A model generated the notes under the pieces. It did not search any database, had not been told where the DNA came from, and saw only the letters and a program-made list of their open reading frames with translations. A program made the translations under genes and the position numbers. A DNA stretch of 63,567 nt, the filler included, from Octopus bimaculoides (lineage: Eukaryota): assembly GCF_001194135.2 (NCBI RefSeq). It is 3 parts of 3 records of this genome, joined end to end, with 100 filler letters (N's around TTAATTAATTAA, not from the genome) between each part and the next. Parts side by side here need not be neighbours in the genome. Positions count along the whole stretch, not along the records: positions 1 to 30,323 come from NC_068994.1; positions 30,424 to 40,797 come from NC_069000.1; 1 more part is not named here. One strand, given 5' to 3'. Shown piece by piece: positions 27,352 to 37,580 of this stretch (position 1 is its first letter; the number at the start of each line of letters is the position of its first letter).

Positions 27352-28098
27352 AATAGCGAAAGAATGCTATCATTGTTCGTGCGATAACGGATCACTTGAC
27401 CTTTCGTGTTTGTCATACTAGCGACACACTTCCGTTGTCTTCCGTTAAACAACAGGGCAGCCAGCCGCCATTAGTACACAAACACACCCACACAAATATC
27501 AATAACAACGACAAAAAAACAAAAACAAAAACAAAAAAAAACAACGATAACGATGACGACGATGATGACAACTATACCAAACAGCAAACAAAAGAAACAA
27601 AACAAGCAAACCACCCAAATGTTTATAAGAGTACTGCAGCAACCAAGACGATATCAACCCTGACGAATGACAACAATTGCTAAAACAAATAAATACGCCA
27701 TCATTATAGCATCAACTAATAGCACCAACAAGACAACAGCAACACCAACAACAACAACAATAGTAATGACAAGGAAACGAGACTAAGATATATTGTATAT
27801 AACAATTACGGAAAATGGCGGAAATACGACAATAAAAAGAAAGAAGCGGGGTTTAAAAATACGTTTTAAAAATGCTGCAATTTTAAGGTCAAGATTGCCT
27901 TATTTTGGCGAGAGATGGATAATCATTTAAAATTACTTTCAGTAGAGGCGCAGGCAAAACTGATAGAATAAGAAGCTTGTTTAGCAGCCTCGTAGTTGTG
28001 GGTTCAATCTTCCAGCGCGGCAACAAAAGAAAGAAAGAGACCTCTATATTATGTAAATAGAGGAATTTATCTGTAAAAATATGTGACACTTATTCGGT

Positions 28099-28170
28099 AG
28101 CCATGATAAAACACCGAGTTTCGGATGCCGGGGTGGGAGCCCACGCCAACATCTCTTCAGTTATCCGGCC
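28099..28170 (-). ncRNA. Type I hammerhead ribozyme motif
   Basis: Minus strand reads ggccg-GATAA-CUGAAGA-[G AUG UUGG C GUGG GCUC CCAC C CCGG CAU C C]-GAAA-C-ucggu-G-U-U-UUAUC-auggc. All core nucleotides are present, with stem I GAUAA/UUAUC, a long stem II hairpin, a 2-bp stem III and a GUU triplet. Confidence 0.75.
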
Positions 28171-28273
28171 ATTTTCAATTTTTACATATATATATATACA
28201 TACATTTTTACACACACACACACACACACANNNNNNNNNNNNNNNNNNNNNNNNNNNNNNNNNNNNNNNNNNN

Positions 28274-28310
<37 letters not shown>

Positions 28311-29097
28311 ATGTATATGTATATAATCTCAATACGGAGCAAATCATGAAAAAATAATTTGCGAAGATATCATTAATTTTGTTGTTATCTAGTAACAATT
28401 TGAAAATAATGATAACAGAATCAATAATACAGGCGATTTTCACTAATCAATTAAAGGAGTCGCTTGAAACGGCCGTAATGAATTGACACCTGTACATTTT
28501 TGTTACTGATTTATACACACACACACACACACATACATTTTGATATATTGAGTCGATACTACTACATCGCATAGCCACGACAGACAGAAATGATATGGTG
28601 GAAGCCAAAAATTTGACTTTACGGAACACAGAAACAATACTTACATATCACGAGAGAAACAAATGGAAAACAGGACAAGTAACATAAAGAACGACCCTTC
28701 GTCAGTTGTCGGCTGTCTATGTAGTCCTCATTTCGAGCATTGAAACCCTAGAAACAACGAGGCATACAACATCATTATTCAAAATATATCAATGCTCAGT
28801 AGGGATCCAAAGATGAACCACATTCTACAAACACACAAATTCATCAAATGTAAAATTTAACACACAACACTAAAAGGACTTTTAATAAATGCGAATCTAT
28901 ACCCAACACCAACGAAACCAATAGTGAAAAAATGCGGGCGTCCAAATTGTGGAACAAGATATAACCTACTAGAAGGTTCGGAATTCCACTTCAAACAAGG
29001 ACAGTGATTCACAATTAAGAGCAATTTCACTTGTACATCCGAAAATTGCACTTACGTAATAACTTGTTCACGTTGTGGACACAAATATATATATATT

Positions 29098-29240
29098 TCT
29101 TTATTGCCTACAGCGGGCTAAACATAGAGGGGAAAAACAAGGACAGACAAAGGATTAAGTCGATTACATCAACTCCATTGCGTAACTGGCACTTATTTAA
29201 TCGACCCCGAAAGGATGAAAGGCAAAATCGACCTCACCCT
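29098..29240 (-). mobile_element. SINE family B 3' half (ggggctaaacatagagggg tail type)
   Basis: Matches 25376-25510 and 18082-18210. Confidence 0.8.
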
Positions 29241-29545
29241 ACAACAATATAGGCCAACCAAGGAAGTCACTTAGATGGAGAACTACACTGCACAAAGAAC
29301 TGATCTGTTTCTCAAGGTATTGACAAATACCATTGCGTGAACAGATAGCGAGATGTGCAGGTTATCTTCAACCGAACTTCACGGTTTCTTTCATCTACTA
29401 GTGCAAAGAAACAATCTATATACAAGAACGATTAAATACATAAAATATATTTACTGAAAGATATCAATCACGCCTGAACGCATAACCAGTTTTGAGTTTT
29501 GTAAATGTCTTAATCCCTGTCTGTCTGTCTGCCTGTCTGTCTGCC

Positions 29546-29624
<79 letters not shown>

Positions 29625-29902
29625 ACATACATACATACATACATACATAAATACATACATACATAAATACATACATACATACATATATATNNNNNNNNNN
29701 NNNNNNNNNNNNNNNNNNNNNNNNNNNNNNNNNNNNNNNNNNNNNNNNNNNNNNNNNNNNNNNNNNNNNNNNNNNNNNNNNNNNNNNNNNNNNNNNNNNN
29801 NNNNNNNNNNNNNNNNNNNNNNNNNNNNNNNNNNNNNNNNNNNNNNNNTATATATATATATATATATCTTCAGCTGTCAACAATAACTGGTATCATTGTT
29901 TC

Positions 29903-30070
29903 AAAGAGACAGCCTTGTGACATTCTGTGTCCCGTTGAATCTCCCTGAGAACTATGTTCAGGGCACACTTGACTGTGGAGTACTCAGCCTCTTGCAAGTT
30001 AATCTAATGAGGAGGCTATTCCGTTGACCGCATCAAGTGGAATCTTCGTCATCGTAATCGACGGAGAACC
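29903..30070 (+). mobile_element. SINE family C 3' half, diverged
   Basis: gaatctccctgagaactatgtt...gtaatcgacggag. Confidence 0.7.
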
Positions 30071-30367
30071 AGTTTTGTGTGTACATACATACATACATAC
30101 ACACACATACACACACACACATATAGACACACACACACACACACCATTTTAGTAAAGCAGCAGACGTCAGCGACAATGACGACGATGACAAGATCAAGGA
30201 CAGCAGACATCATCATCATCGTCATCATCGTCATCGTTATCATCGTCATCGTCATCATCAACAACAAAGCAACAACAACAACTACCACCACCACCACTAC
30301 CACTACCACCAACACCACCGCCANNNNNNNNNNNNNNNNNNNNNNNNNNNNNNNNNNNNNNNNNNNN

Positions 30368-30379
30368 TTAATTAATTAA
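30368..30379. other. Assembly linker TTAATTAATTAA inside an N gap (not biological)
   Basis: An identical 12-mer is isolated within Ns at 40842-40853. It is palindromic with stops in all six frames. Confidence 0.9.
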
Positions 30380-30423
30380 NNNNNNNNNNNNNNNNNNNNN
30401 NNNNNNNNNNNNNNNNNNNNNNN

Positions 30424-30466
<43 letters not shown>

Positions 30467-30619
30467 AATATATATATATATTATATATATATACACACAT
30501 ACATATATGCATATATATATATATTTATAAAATATGGATGTAGAAGTTACTATGTTTTCTAGACAGATAAACAGATAAAAATAACTATCAAGATGAAATC
30601 AGTTATCTTTATAACTTAC

Positions 30620-30672
30620 AATCTCCTATCATATCACCTCTTATCGCTAAAGCTTCTCAAGTGTTCTGTTCA
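30620..30672 (-). other. Candidate 53-nt cassette exon with stops in all frames (alternative C-terminus or poison exon)
   Basis: Acceptor ctaatgttttacag and donor ATT|gtaagt. Joined in phase 1 after the SAM exon it reads ...RLERAVNRTLEKL*. Confidence 0.35.
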
Positions 30673-30869
30673 CTGTAAAACATTAGTTTATATTTCAATA
30701 TCTGTCTTGCTTGTCTAGGCATGTATTTCACTGGAAATGACTACAGTAATAAGATGAAAGTAGAGTGAAATGTCATAATTAGAAATTGAACAGGTTTTTT
30801 TAAAACATACTTTTAAAATATATTCTTTAATAGCTTGAAAGAAAATGAAGGATTATTGTGTGTGCGTGT

Positions 30870-31160
30870 ATCATCATCGTTTAACGTCCGCTTTCCACGC
30901 TAGCATGGGTTGGACGATTTGACTGAGGACTGGTGAAACCGGATGGCAACACCAGGCTCCAATCTAAATTTGGCAGAGTTTCTACAGCTGGATGTCCTTC
31001 CTAACGCCAACCACTCCGGGAGTGTAGTAGGTGCTTTTATGTGCCACCTGCACGAGGGCCAGTCAGGCGGTACTGGCAACGGCCACGCTCAAAATGGTGT
31101 ATTTTATGTGCCACCCGCGCAAGAGCCAGTCCAGGGGCACTGGCACGATCTCGCTCGAAA
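30870..31160 (-). mobile_element. 3' part of a retroposon with an RTE-type tail and (GAT)n end
   Basis: Minus strand ends ...aacccatgctagcgtggaaagcggacgttaaacgatgatgat. Contains two internal subrepeats (tttatgtgccacc...ccagtc...ctggca). A related segment lies at 34668-34775. Confidence 0.55.
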
Positions 31161-31164
31161 ATCC

Positions 31165-31500
31165 TTACGGGAATACATGGTTAGGTTCATGGAGTTCTCT
31201 GTTAATTTCTCTTTGAGTCTCTTATCCCACCATACCATAAATAGATTAGCCACATCGCCAGTCATACTGACACTGATGGCTACACCTTTCTCTTGGGCGT
31301 ATACCTTGTTACTAAACTTAAATATGTGACCCTCGAGTGTGGTCTTGGTACTAACAACGTCCACATGTGCGACCGTCTTTTTAACCTGATTGTCAATTAT
31401 AGAGGTCTATATAGCTCTGGTCAACCTGTTCTATCTCTCTCTAGGGGGTCTTCTTGGCCATAGAAGTTATGGTAGGGGGCCTACCTCTTAACAATCTAGA
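31165..31500 (-). mobile_element. Penelope-like element reverse transcriptase fragment
   Basis: HIFKFSNKVYAQEKGVAISVSMTGDVANLFMVWWDKRLKEKL...MYSR matches the PLE RT pattern F.F....Y.Q..G......ANL.M. It is cut just before the YxDD motif and has an upstream in-frame stop. Confidence 0.75.
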
Positions 31501-32667
31501 TGAACGAATAATGGACTAAACACACTGTCTTGTATATTCTTTGTTTCGCTTTTTTTAAAGGGTATAATGCACGATCTGAGGGAGAAATTAGGCTGCTATT
31601 TCTAGCTGGTCAATTGACCACCTCTCGTTGCCTCAAATTTATAGAGTAGATGTGCATGTATGTAATGTGTACGTATGTATGTATGTAATATATGATGTAG
31701 ACGTATGTAGCGCGTTTAATGTGTATGCTAAGTTACTAAGCGGTTGGTATTTCTTCTGGATTACCACCCCTCTACCATTTCACCGGGCACTACAAAACCT
31801 ACCACCACCACCACCAACGACGCTGCCGCCACCATCACCCTAACGACGCCGCCGCCGCCGCCGCCACCACCAACGACTCCGCCGCCACCATCACCACAAA
31901 CCACGCCGCCGCCGCCGCTACTGCCACCACGAACGTCGTCGTTGTTGTCGTCGTTACGTAGTTTTACCTCTCAGCTTGACATAGTTTTTTTTTAAAGACG
32001 AAAGGTCAATAGCAATAACAGCAGCAGCGGCCGCAGTAGCAGTAGCAGCAGCAGCNNNNNNNNNNNNNNNNNNNNNNNNNNNNNNNNNNNNNNNNNNNNN
32101 NNNNNNNNNNNNNNNNNNNNNNNNNNNNNNNNNNNNNNNNNNNNNNNNNNNNNNNNNNNNNNNNNNNNNNNNNNNNNNNNNNNNNNNNNNNNNNNNNNNN
32201 NNNNNNNNNNNNNNNNNNNNNNNNNNNNNNNNNNNNNNNNNNNNNNNNNNNNNNNNNNNNNNNNNNNNNNNNNNNNNNNNNNNNNNNNNNNNNNNNNNNN
32301 NNNNNNNNNNNNNNNNNNNNNNNNNNNNNNNNNNNNNNNNNNNNNNNNNNNNNNNNNNNNNNNNNNNNNNNNNNNNNNNNNNNNNNNNNNNNNNNNNNNN
32401 NNNNNNNNNNNNNNNNNNNNNNNNNNNNNNNNNNNNNNNNNNNNNNNNNNNNNNNNNNNNNNNNNNNNNNNNNNNNNNNTGTGTGGTGCCTTAGGGTGCT
32501 GCTGTGTGGAGCCGTGGAGTGGTGGTAGTGGTGGTGGTGGTGGTAGTGGTGGTGGTGGTGTGGTGGTGGTGGGGAGATGAAATAGCGGCAGTGGAGTGGG
32601 TTTTAAAATAGCTTTGCACATACATGCAAACATGTCTCTAGGTAAATATATTAAGCCAGATATAACT

Positions 32668-32955
32668 TGTTTGCTCCCAAACCACATGGTTCCGGGTTCA
32701 GTCCCACTTCGTGACACCTTGGGCAAGTGTCTCTTCTACTGTAGCCCCTGACCGACCAGAACCTAATGAGTGGATTTCATTGACAGAAACTGACAAAAGC
32801 CTGTCGTATACATACATACATACATACATGCATACACATATGTGTAATAAATGCGTGTGCTCGTGTTTGTGTTTGTACCCCAACACTGCTTGACAACTGG
32901 TGTTGGTTTGTTTTTGTCTCCATAACATAGAGGTTTCACAAAAGAAACCAACAGA
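32668..32955 (+). mobile_element. SINE family A
   Basis: ccacatggttccgggttcagtcccacttcgtgacaccttgggcaagtgtc, then a microsatellite, then the 3' body. Confidence 0.8.
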
Positions 32956-33284
32956 AAAAGGACCGGACGACTAAATTAATAAATAAATAAAGAAGTCACG
33001 GAGATGTACTTGCATAGCAAGTGACCTGATCTGTGTGCTGGAACACAAAAACAATTACAAGTCTACAATACCAGGATTTGAACTTGGAATGCAAGGATCT
33101 GAAACAAATACTGCCAGCAATCCAGTATGACGTTATTATCATGGTATCATGGTATTGATCAGACTGTTGGATGTTGTTATACATCACTATTTACAGTGCG
33201 CTTCAAATTGTTTTAGCTTTCAAATGATACCACTCGGCTGGCTAGGTGAGCAGGGTAGCCTTAACCCTGATCAACAGACTATTA

Positions 33285-33572
33285 CCCATTTACTGTTGAG
33301 TGGACTGGAGCAATGTGAAATGAAGTGATTTGCTCAAGAACACAATGCGCTGCCGGATCCAGGAATTGAACCGGATCCAGGAATTGAACCCATGTTATTA
33401 TAGTTCTACTCTTTACGTTCTGAATTCAAATTCTGCCGAGGTTGACTTTGCCTTTCATCCTTTCGGGGGGTTGATAAATTAAGTACCAGTTGTGTACTGG
33501 AGTCAATCTAATCAACTGGAGCCCCTCCCCACAAAATTTCGGACCTTGTGCCTAGAGCAGAAAAGAATACGT
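33285..33572. mobile_element. SINE C head (-, 33285-33400, with an 18-bp internal duplication) and SINE B (+, 33412-33572)
   Basis: ccggatccaggaattgaa occurs twice, followed by ttcaaattctgccgaggttgactttgcctttcatcctttcgg. Confidence 0.75.
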
Positions 33573-33729
33573 GTGTGTCTTAGATTGATGCTTTTTCTTC
33601 ACTAACCCCCCACCAAAAATATGAAAAGCAAAGATGACTTAGATAGGGTTTGAACTCAGGACGCAAAATACACAGCCTTGTCCAGGAATCAAACCCATGA
33701 TCTTGAGATTATAGAACCAACACCCAAAC

Positions 33730-33805
33730 CACTAGGCCACATAGACCACATAGGCCACATAGACCACATAGACCACATAAACCACATAGACCACATAGGC
33801 CACAT
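33730..33805. repeat. 9-bp tandem repeat (ccacatagR)n
   Basis: Direct reading. Confidence 0.9.
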
Positions 33806-33858
33806 GCCTTTACTATCTACATCAGGTGTATCAATTTACAACAAGATTAACATGTTAC

Positions 33859-34059
33859 CTGCACGTTCCAGTCTTTTCTTGTGCCCTGGCAGGGTAATTT
33901 CCAAGTCATCATAGATTTCTTCGTCAGGAAGTTCCATTTCCTCAAGAATGTCGAGTGAGTCACGTCCTGACTGCATGAAGTTGACATGATAATACTCCAG
34001 GTTGTGTTGTCGCAGCCACTCATGGAGAAGGTATGATTTATCGAAATGGTACTGATTGG
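33859..34059 (-). CDS. Internal coding exon encoding most of a SAM (sterile alpha motif) domain; host gene unidentified
   Basis: Translates xNQYHFDKSYLLHEWLRQHNLEYYHVNFMQSGRDSLDILEEMELPDEEIYDDLEITLPGHKKRLERAx, matching the SAM pattern WL..L..Y...F...G.D....L......DL.I..PGH.KRL. Acceptor ttattgattatttcag, donor GCAG|gtaaca. 201 nt, phase 1-1. Confidence 0.9.
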
Positions 34060-34142
34060 CTGAAATAATCAATAAATTGAAGTTATTTATTATGAGCAGC
34101 AATTTACAAAAAAACAAAAACAAAGAAAGAAAAACAATAACA

Positions 34143-34300
34143 AGTGTGGCTGTGTGGTAAGAAGCTTGCTTCTCATCCCTATGCTTCTGAGTTCAGTCCC
34201 ACCGTATAGCACTTTGAGCAAGTGTCTTCTACTGTAGCCTTGGGCCAATGAAAATCTAGTGAATGGATTTGGTAGACGGAAACTGAAAGAAACCCATCAT
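34143..34300 (+). mobile_element. SINE family A 5' half, about 85 nt from the SAM exon acceptor
   Basis: gtggctgtgtggtaagaagcttgc...ggatttggtagacggaaactgaaagaa. Confidence 0.85.
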
Positions 34301-34667
34301 TTATATATATATATATNNNNNNNNNNNNNNNNNNNNNNNNNNNNNNNNNNNNNNNNNNNNNNNNNNNNNNNNNNNNNNNNNNNNNNNNNNNNNNNNNNNN
34401 NNNNNNNNNNNNNNNNNNNNNNNNNNNNNNNNNNNNNNNNNNNNNNNNNNNNNNNNNNNNNNNNNNNNNNNNNNNNNNNNNNNNNNNNNNNNNNNNNNNN
34501 NNNNNNATATATATATATATATATATATATATACCAGAGTAAGCACATAAATGTGCAACGAGGTGGAAAAGAGAGTACTCAAATACCAGAGGTAGAGTAA
34601 TATGCTTCATTTAAAAGCAGCAGAAATATAACAAAAAACTGTTTCACGTTCCCGTTCATCGATGAAC

Positions 34668-34775
34668 TCGGATGGTGCTTTAATGTTTTAATGTTCCACT
34701 GGCACGGGTGCCAGTCAGGCGGTGCTGTCATCAGCCACGTCAGCGAATTTGATTTTGATTGTGATTTGTTATTAT
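34668..34775 (-). mobile_element. Fragment related to the 30870-31160 repeat
   Basis: Shares accgcctgactggc.c.cgtgc.(a)gtgg.aca...aaagcacc with 31030-31080. Confidence 0.5.
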
Positions 34776-34997
34776 TCAGGTGAAATAACAAAAAAGGGCA
34801 TACAATGAAAAACGAGGGAAATGTACATAGAATACAAAGGTTAGAAAAAAATGGAGGCTGATAGAGATATAGTCCTCCTGATACAAGATGACATTTAAGG
34901 ATAATCAAAGAACCCCCACAGTCCAAAATCTCCTTGAACACCAAGGGCAAGTGCCCTCTCCAATTCCATTTCTCTGACATACAGGTCTACTCTTAGA

Positions 34998-35201
34998 GCC
35001 ACCCACTCCCGACTGACTACAAAATGAGAAGATCTCATAGCAGTTGAGAACGGGCACGAGTGCTTGCACATTAGAAATCCTTGACTCGCTAGTTGCTGCA
35101 GCATTTGATTCAATAGACCTGAGGGCGTTGAGCAAGTGACCTTGCTTCCAAACTGATCCCAGGCCAAGAACATTCACATGCCTCAATTTCAGATTTGACA
35201 T
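34998..35201 (-). pseudogene. N-terminal fragment of LINE ORF2 apurinic-like endonuclease
   Basis: MSNLKLRHVNVLGLGSVWKQGHLLNALRSIESNAAATSESR...GVGG matches the APE N-terminus (NV.GL, .QET-like SES, GGV-like motif). Similarity ends after about 68 codons. Confidence 0.75.
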
Positions 35202-35233
35202 GTCAATAGGAGAAAGAAAAGAGGGGCGATCAC

Positions 35234-36559
35234 TCACTTACCTAGATGTTGCTGTTGCTGAGGTTGATGCGGTTGTTGTTTTTGTTGTTGATGCTGCTGT
35301 TGTTCTTGTTGAGGTTGTTGTGAAGTGGATTGAAGATGAGGTTTTCGTGTTTGTAGCTGTCTTTGTTGATCTTTCAGAGTAGGGCTCCGAACACTCCTGC
35401 TTTTTCGGTTCGTCCCTTCGGAGCCTGTTTGCCATCCTTCAGCCTGATCTTTCTTCTCCAAAACATTTTCCAAGGAATCGGTGAGATACAGGAAAACCTG
35501 GTTGGAAGACGAATGTAAATCCTTATTGTTTGGTTGCAGAGCAGGACATTTGGGAAGAACTTCCTCTTCAGTGGGAGCAGGTACCAAACTTTTCTCCTGC
35601 CATAGTTTGGGTGTAAGGGTTTTGACATGCTCTTGGGATTCAATTAGTTTCTGTTCCTTTAACTGAGGGCACAGAGCTTTGTGATGGGTTGTACTTCTGC
35701 AGAAGCAACACTTAATTTTTCTGCTCTCAACCACAACTCTTATGGGTTCTGCACCTTCCACGTTAATTATATCAGGGATCCTATGGAAGTCTTTTGCATT
35801 CAGCAGCATTTTCACTTCCACCTGGATCATCAACCAATTTTCTTTCGGGGTGGATTTCAAATCCAAAATATCACCATACACTTCCAGTATCATCCCGAAA
35901 TATTGGATGTTCATCTCCGGAGGTACATTAAAAAAAGTTACCTTATTCACTTGCTTCCCCAGATAAGATGGGCTGAAAATATATTCATTTGAGTAGCAAG
36001 TGTGTATGGAAATCCTTTTTGCTGCCTCTTCGGTATGGCATAGAGCCACGAGATATCCACATTCTTTCGCTCTCCTGATGTGCCATATCGACCCCCAAAC
36101 CGCCTTCAGACATTCTTCTGCCTGCGCTAGAGTCGGATATTTGATCCGTTTTGTCTTCTTATTTAGGCACCTATAGATCACAGTTCTCTTCGTGATCGTA
36201 TCTTTTTCGGCTGATGGTAGCCTGAGAAGATTGGGTTTTACCAGGTATTTCCGGAAGTTTTGACTAAAATTACTGTCAAAGGAGTGCTCTACCCAACCCT
36301 GTTGAGTAGTTTTGACAACAGAAGCGCTGGTTATAGTGTCAGTGCTGTCGCTGCTACTGCTGTTGTTGTTGTTGTTCTCGTTGTTACTGCTCGAAGTGGT
36401 GGTGGTGGTGGTGGTGGTGGTCTTTTCACACTGTTTGCCTGCTGATTTCACCCATTTAACAGCACCATCAGCAGGCAAAACGCTATCGCTCTCTCTTTTC
36501 ATCATAATATGGACACTCCTGATTCTCTCACTCTCAACCACTGGCAACCATTCTCTCAA
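35234..36559 (-). CDS. ORF1 (gag-like RNA-binding protein) of an L1/Tx1-clade LINE, uninterrupted over 441 codons
   Basis: CX2CX4HX4C zinc knuckle CCFCRSTTHHKALC, preceded by an RRM-like segment (VTFFNVPPEMNIQYFGMILEVYGDIL). Q-rich C-terminus. First ATG near 36508. An APE-type ORF2 start follows directly. Confidence 0.85.
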   Translation of the reverse strand: MREWLPVVESERIRSVHIMMKRESDSVLPADGAVKWVKSAGKQCEKTTTTTTTTTSSSNNENNNNNSSSSDSTDTITSASVVKTTQQGWVEHSFDSNFSQNFRKYLVKPNLLRLPSAEKDTITKRTVIYRCLNKKTKRIKYPTLAQAEECLKAVWGSIWHIRRAKECGYLVALCHTEEAAKRISIHTCYSNEYIFSPSYLGKQVNKVTFFNVPPEMNIQYFGMILEVYGDILDLKSTPKENWLMIQVEVKMLLNAKDFHRIPDIINVEGAEPIRVVVESRKIKCCFCRSTTHHKALCPQLKEQKLIESQEHVKTLTPKLWQEKSLVPAPTEEEVLPKCPALQPNNKDLHSSSNQVFLYLTDSLENVLEKKDQAEGWQTGSEGTNRKSRSVRSPTLKDQQRQLQTRKPHLQSTSQQPQQEQQQHQQQKQQPHQPQQQQHLGK

Positions 36560-37515
36560 CAGTTTTTGTGGTTGTTCTTTTAATAGGCAGAAATATTTTA
36601 GCTTTCGTTTTGAAGAAAAAATATTTATATTTTTATATTTGCCTATATTTAGTAACAGCTAAATATAGCTGAAATATATTTAGTAACAGCTGAAATATAG
36701 TGACAACTAAAATATATCTTATAAGAAACGAAGGTGCTTTTTCGGTAAATTTTCGGTAAAATTTCGGTAAATTTTTCACCAAAAAAAAAAAACAAAACAA
36801 AAAAAATTCGGATTTTTCGCGTGGAATCAACGCCCCTGACGTCCAACTATGCTGCAAATCCCTTATTTCGGTGGTTCAGAAAAAAGGGGGAGGGGGGACC
36901 CCGTCCCCCAGAATTATTGGAAAATTTTTTTTTGTTGAATGAACTAGTGAGCTCCTAATATGTCACAAAACCCATTTTTTGTNNNNNNNNNNNNNNNNNN
37001 NNNNNNNNNNNNNNNNNNNNNNNNNNNNNNNNNNNNNNNNNNNNNNNNNNNNNNNNNNNNNNNNNNNNNNNNNNNNNNNNNNNNNNNNNNNNNNNNNNNN
37101 NNNNNNNNNNNNNNNNNNNNNNNNNNNNNNNNNNNNNNNNNNNNNNNNNNNNNNNNNNNNNNNNNNNNNNNNNNNNNNNNNNNNNNNNNNNNNNNNNNNN
37201 NNNNNNNNNNNNNNNNNNNNNNNNNNNNNNNNNNNNNNNNNNNNNNNNNNNNNNNNNNNNNNNNNNNNNNNNNNNNNNNNNNNNNNNNNNNNNNNNNNNN
37301 NNNNNNNNNNNNNNNNNNNNNNNNNNNNNNNNNNNNNNNNNNNNNNNNNNNNNNNNNNNNNNNNNNNNNNNNNNNNNNNNNNNNNNNNNNNNNNNNNNNN
37401 NNNNNNNNNNNNNNNNNNNNNNNNNNNNNNNNNNNNNNNNNNNNNNNNNNNNNNNNNNNNNNNNNNNNNNNNNNNNNNNNNNNNNNNNNNNNNNNNNNNN
37501 NNNNNNNNNNNNNNN

Positions 37516-37580
<65 letters not shown>

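Larger units (their letters stand above)
34776..36590 (-). mobile_element. Internally deleted L1/Tx1-like retroelement (ORF1, short ORF2 start and apparent 3' UTR)
   Basis: ORF1 and the APE stub are followed within about 220 nt by a pyrimidine-rich 3'UTR-like tract ending aataataacaaa. No RT domain is present. Confidence 0.7.

Noticed and set aside
28690-28745. Permuted hammerhead (GAAA...CUGACGA on the minus strand)
   Set aside because: Stems I and III cannot be formed.
30920-30950. CTGAGGA-ctggt-GAAA hammerhead-like core
   Set aside because: Stem II cannot pair and there are no stems I or III.
36600-36982. AT-rich block with short subrepeats resembling a DNA-transposon end or promoter for the LINE
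   Set aside because: No second terminus is visible because a gap follows; cannot be classified.
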